Source: Vibrio alginolyticus NBRC 15630 = ATCC 17749 (GTDB taxonomy: Bacteria; Pseudomonadota; Gammaproteobacteria; Enterobacterales; Vibrionaceae). From it: a stretch of 32,000 nucleotides of DNA. Position 1 is the stretch's first letter. Each line of letters opens with the position of its first letter. This document shows positions 30,959 through 32,000 of the stretch, piece after piece. The notes beneath the pieces are model-generated. The model had not been told where the DNA came from. It ran no database searches and worked only from the letters and a program-made list of their open reading frames with translations. Position numbers and translations under genes: made by a program. The DNA lies in NCBI RefSeq assembly GCF_000354175.2, contig NC_022359.1, positions 450,001 through 482,000 on the forward strand, read 5' to 3'.

Positions 30959-32000
30959 TTAGAATTCGCACTCAGCTTGGAACACCATGCGCTCTTTGCT
31001 GTATGGATGATCCAGCTCTAGCATCTCAGCATGCAGGTGTAAGCGATTCGATTTTTCGCCGTATAAACCATCACCAACCATCGGCATGTTTAACCCCATG
31101 TGATGAGCACTGTGTACACGTAGTTGGTGAGTTCGCCCGGTTTTCGGATACATATATACCTTGCTGCGTCCATCTTTGACTTCAATCAGTTGCCAGTAGG
31201 TTTCTGCATGTTTCCCGTGTTCAAAACACACCAGTTGACGTGGGCGGTCGTCTGGGTCACCACGCATTGGCAGTGAAATTTCCCCTTCAGGCTCGTTTAA
31301 TACGCCTTCGAGCAGTGCCATATAACGTTTTTGTACGCCGCGAGCCATAAACTGTTTTTGCAGACTTTTGTTCGCGCGCTTAGTTAAGGCAAACACCAAA
31401 ATGCCAGAGGTCGCCATGTCGAGACGATGAATCACAAACGGCCCTTCCACATCAGGGTACATCGCTTGTAGGCGCGTATAAGCAGAGTCCTTGATAGTTT
31501 TACCAGGCACTGAAAGTAAGCCCGAGGGCTTGTTGACGACGACCATAGCGTCGTCTTGGTAGATTATCTCTAGCTCTTTGTCTTCTGCCCAATTCTCCGC
31601 CAATGGGTTAGGTTCGACGTTCAACCCTTGCATCATATGGCCTAAAATCGGCTGACATTTGCTATTACACGATGGGTAGAATTTTTTGTGTTGGCGAACC
31701 TCAGACTTTGGCGAAACACCCCACCAAAATTCTGTCAACGCCAGCGGTTTGAATCCGTGTTTAAACGCGTATTGGAGCAGTTTTGGCGCAGCACATTCCC
31801 CCGCACCTGCTGGTGGGATTGGTTTTGTGGTGTCAGCAAAAATGTCCACCAAGTCGCGTGCTTCGCCATGGTTGTTTAGGAAGCGGTATTGTTTATGCAA
31901 TTTGTGCTGCAAAGCGTTGGAGAGCGTTTTGCGCTGCTCTTTCAGGTGAGCAAGTTGCTGCTCTAACTCAGCCAATCGCGCTTCTTTGATTGCAAGCTTT
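30959..32000 (-). CDS. RluA-family pseudouridine synthase with a long N-terminal extension (5' end beyond the right window edge)
   Basis: RluA core motifs: IIYQDDAMVVVNKPSGLLSVPG, HRLDMATSGILVFA, KRYMALLEG, GRTHQLRVH. The frame stays open upstream of the listed Met to position 32000, so the gene probably starts outside the window. Confidence 0.85.
   Translation of the reverse strand, partial: KLAIKEARLAELEQQLAHLKEQRKTLSNALQHKLHKQYRFLNNHGEARDLVDIFADTTKPIPPAGAGECAAPKLLQYAFKHGFKPLALTEFWWGVSPKSEVRQHKKFYPSCNSKCQPILGHMMQGLNVEPNPLAENWAEDKELEIIYQDDAMVVVNKPSGLLSVPGKTIKDSAYTRLQAMYPDVEGPFVIHRLDMATSGILVFALTKRANKSLQKQFMARGVQKRYMALLEGVLNEPEGEISLPMRGDPDDRPRQLVCFEHGKHAETYWQLIEVKDGRSKVYMYPKTGRTHQLRVHSAHHMGLNMPMVGDGLYGEKSNRLHLHAEMLELDHPYSKERMVFQAECEF

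Noticed and set aside
1-32000. Search for CRISPR arrays, tRNA/rRNA genes, IS or transposon ends, integrases, attC-type repeats, and toxin-antitoxin or defense gene clusters
   Set aside because: I found no repeat-spacer periodicity, cloverleaf-type sequence, terminal inverted repeats flanking a gene, or recombinase, reverse-transcriptase or nuclease-helicase cluster. Apart from the leads listed, the window looks like core chromosome.

Overview
The window reads as an ordinary chromosomal region of a Vibrio-like gammaproteobacterium. That assignment comes from recognisable protein sequences (NhaD, GltS, a ChiA-type chitinase, the HdfR/MaoP pair, PpnP, NagB) and is not verified. I support 33 protein-coding genes. 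One is an edge-truncated chemoreceptor absent from the ORF track, and one is a 38-codon ORF below the track cutoff. I also call about 15 hairpin terminators and a few candidate regulatory sites. Gene content: MCP (partial), DCC oxidoreductase, HExxH peptidase-like protein, two gltS paralogs flanking a translationally coupled YtrA-type GntR/ABC-ATPase/ABC-2 permease operon, nagB, maoP-hdfR, doxX-pirin, an Ada(N)-AraC-AlkA fusion overlapping ogt, YitT, GFA, nhaD, acyltransferase-3, TetR plus alpha/beta hydrolase, chiA, ppnP, an AGDEF diguanylate cyclase, a MATE exporter and a long RluA-family synthase (partial). I saw no rRNA, tRNA, CRISPR array, transposase, integrase or phage gene. I did not find a convincing multi-gene novel system. 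The best leads are single loci: (1) an uncharacterised 288-aa protein with two tandem wHTH-like repeats and a degenerate PD-(D/E)xK-like C-terminal domain; (2) an ~860-bp gene-free, highly structured region with a near-consensus extended -10 promoter upstream of gltS-1; (3) a 13-bp terminator-type hairpin placed directly in front of the MATE gene RBS, suggesting attenuation or a small RNA; (4) an unannotated 38-aa hydrophobic ORF with a GGAGG RBS upstream of nhaD. All functional calls rest on motif recognition by eye. No database search was possible.
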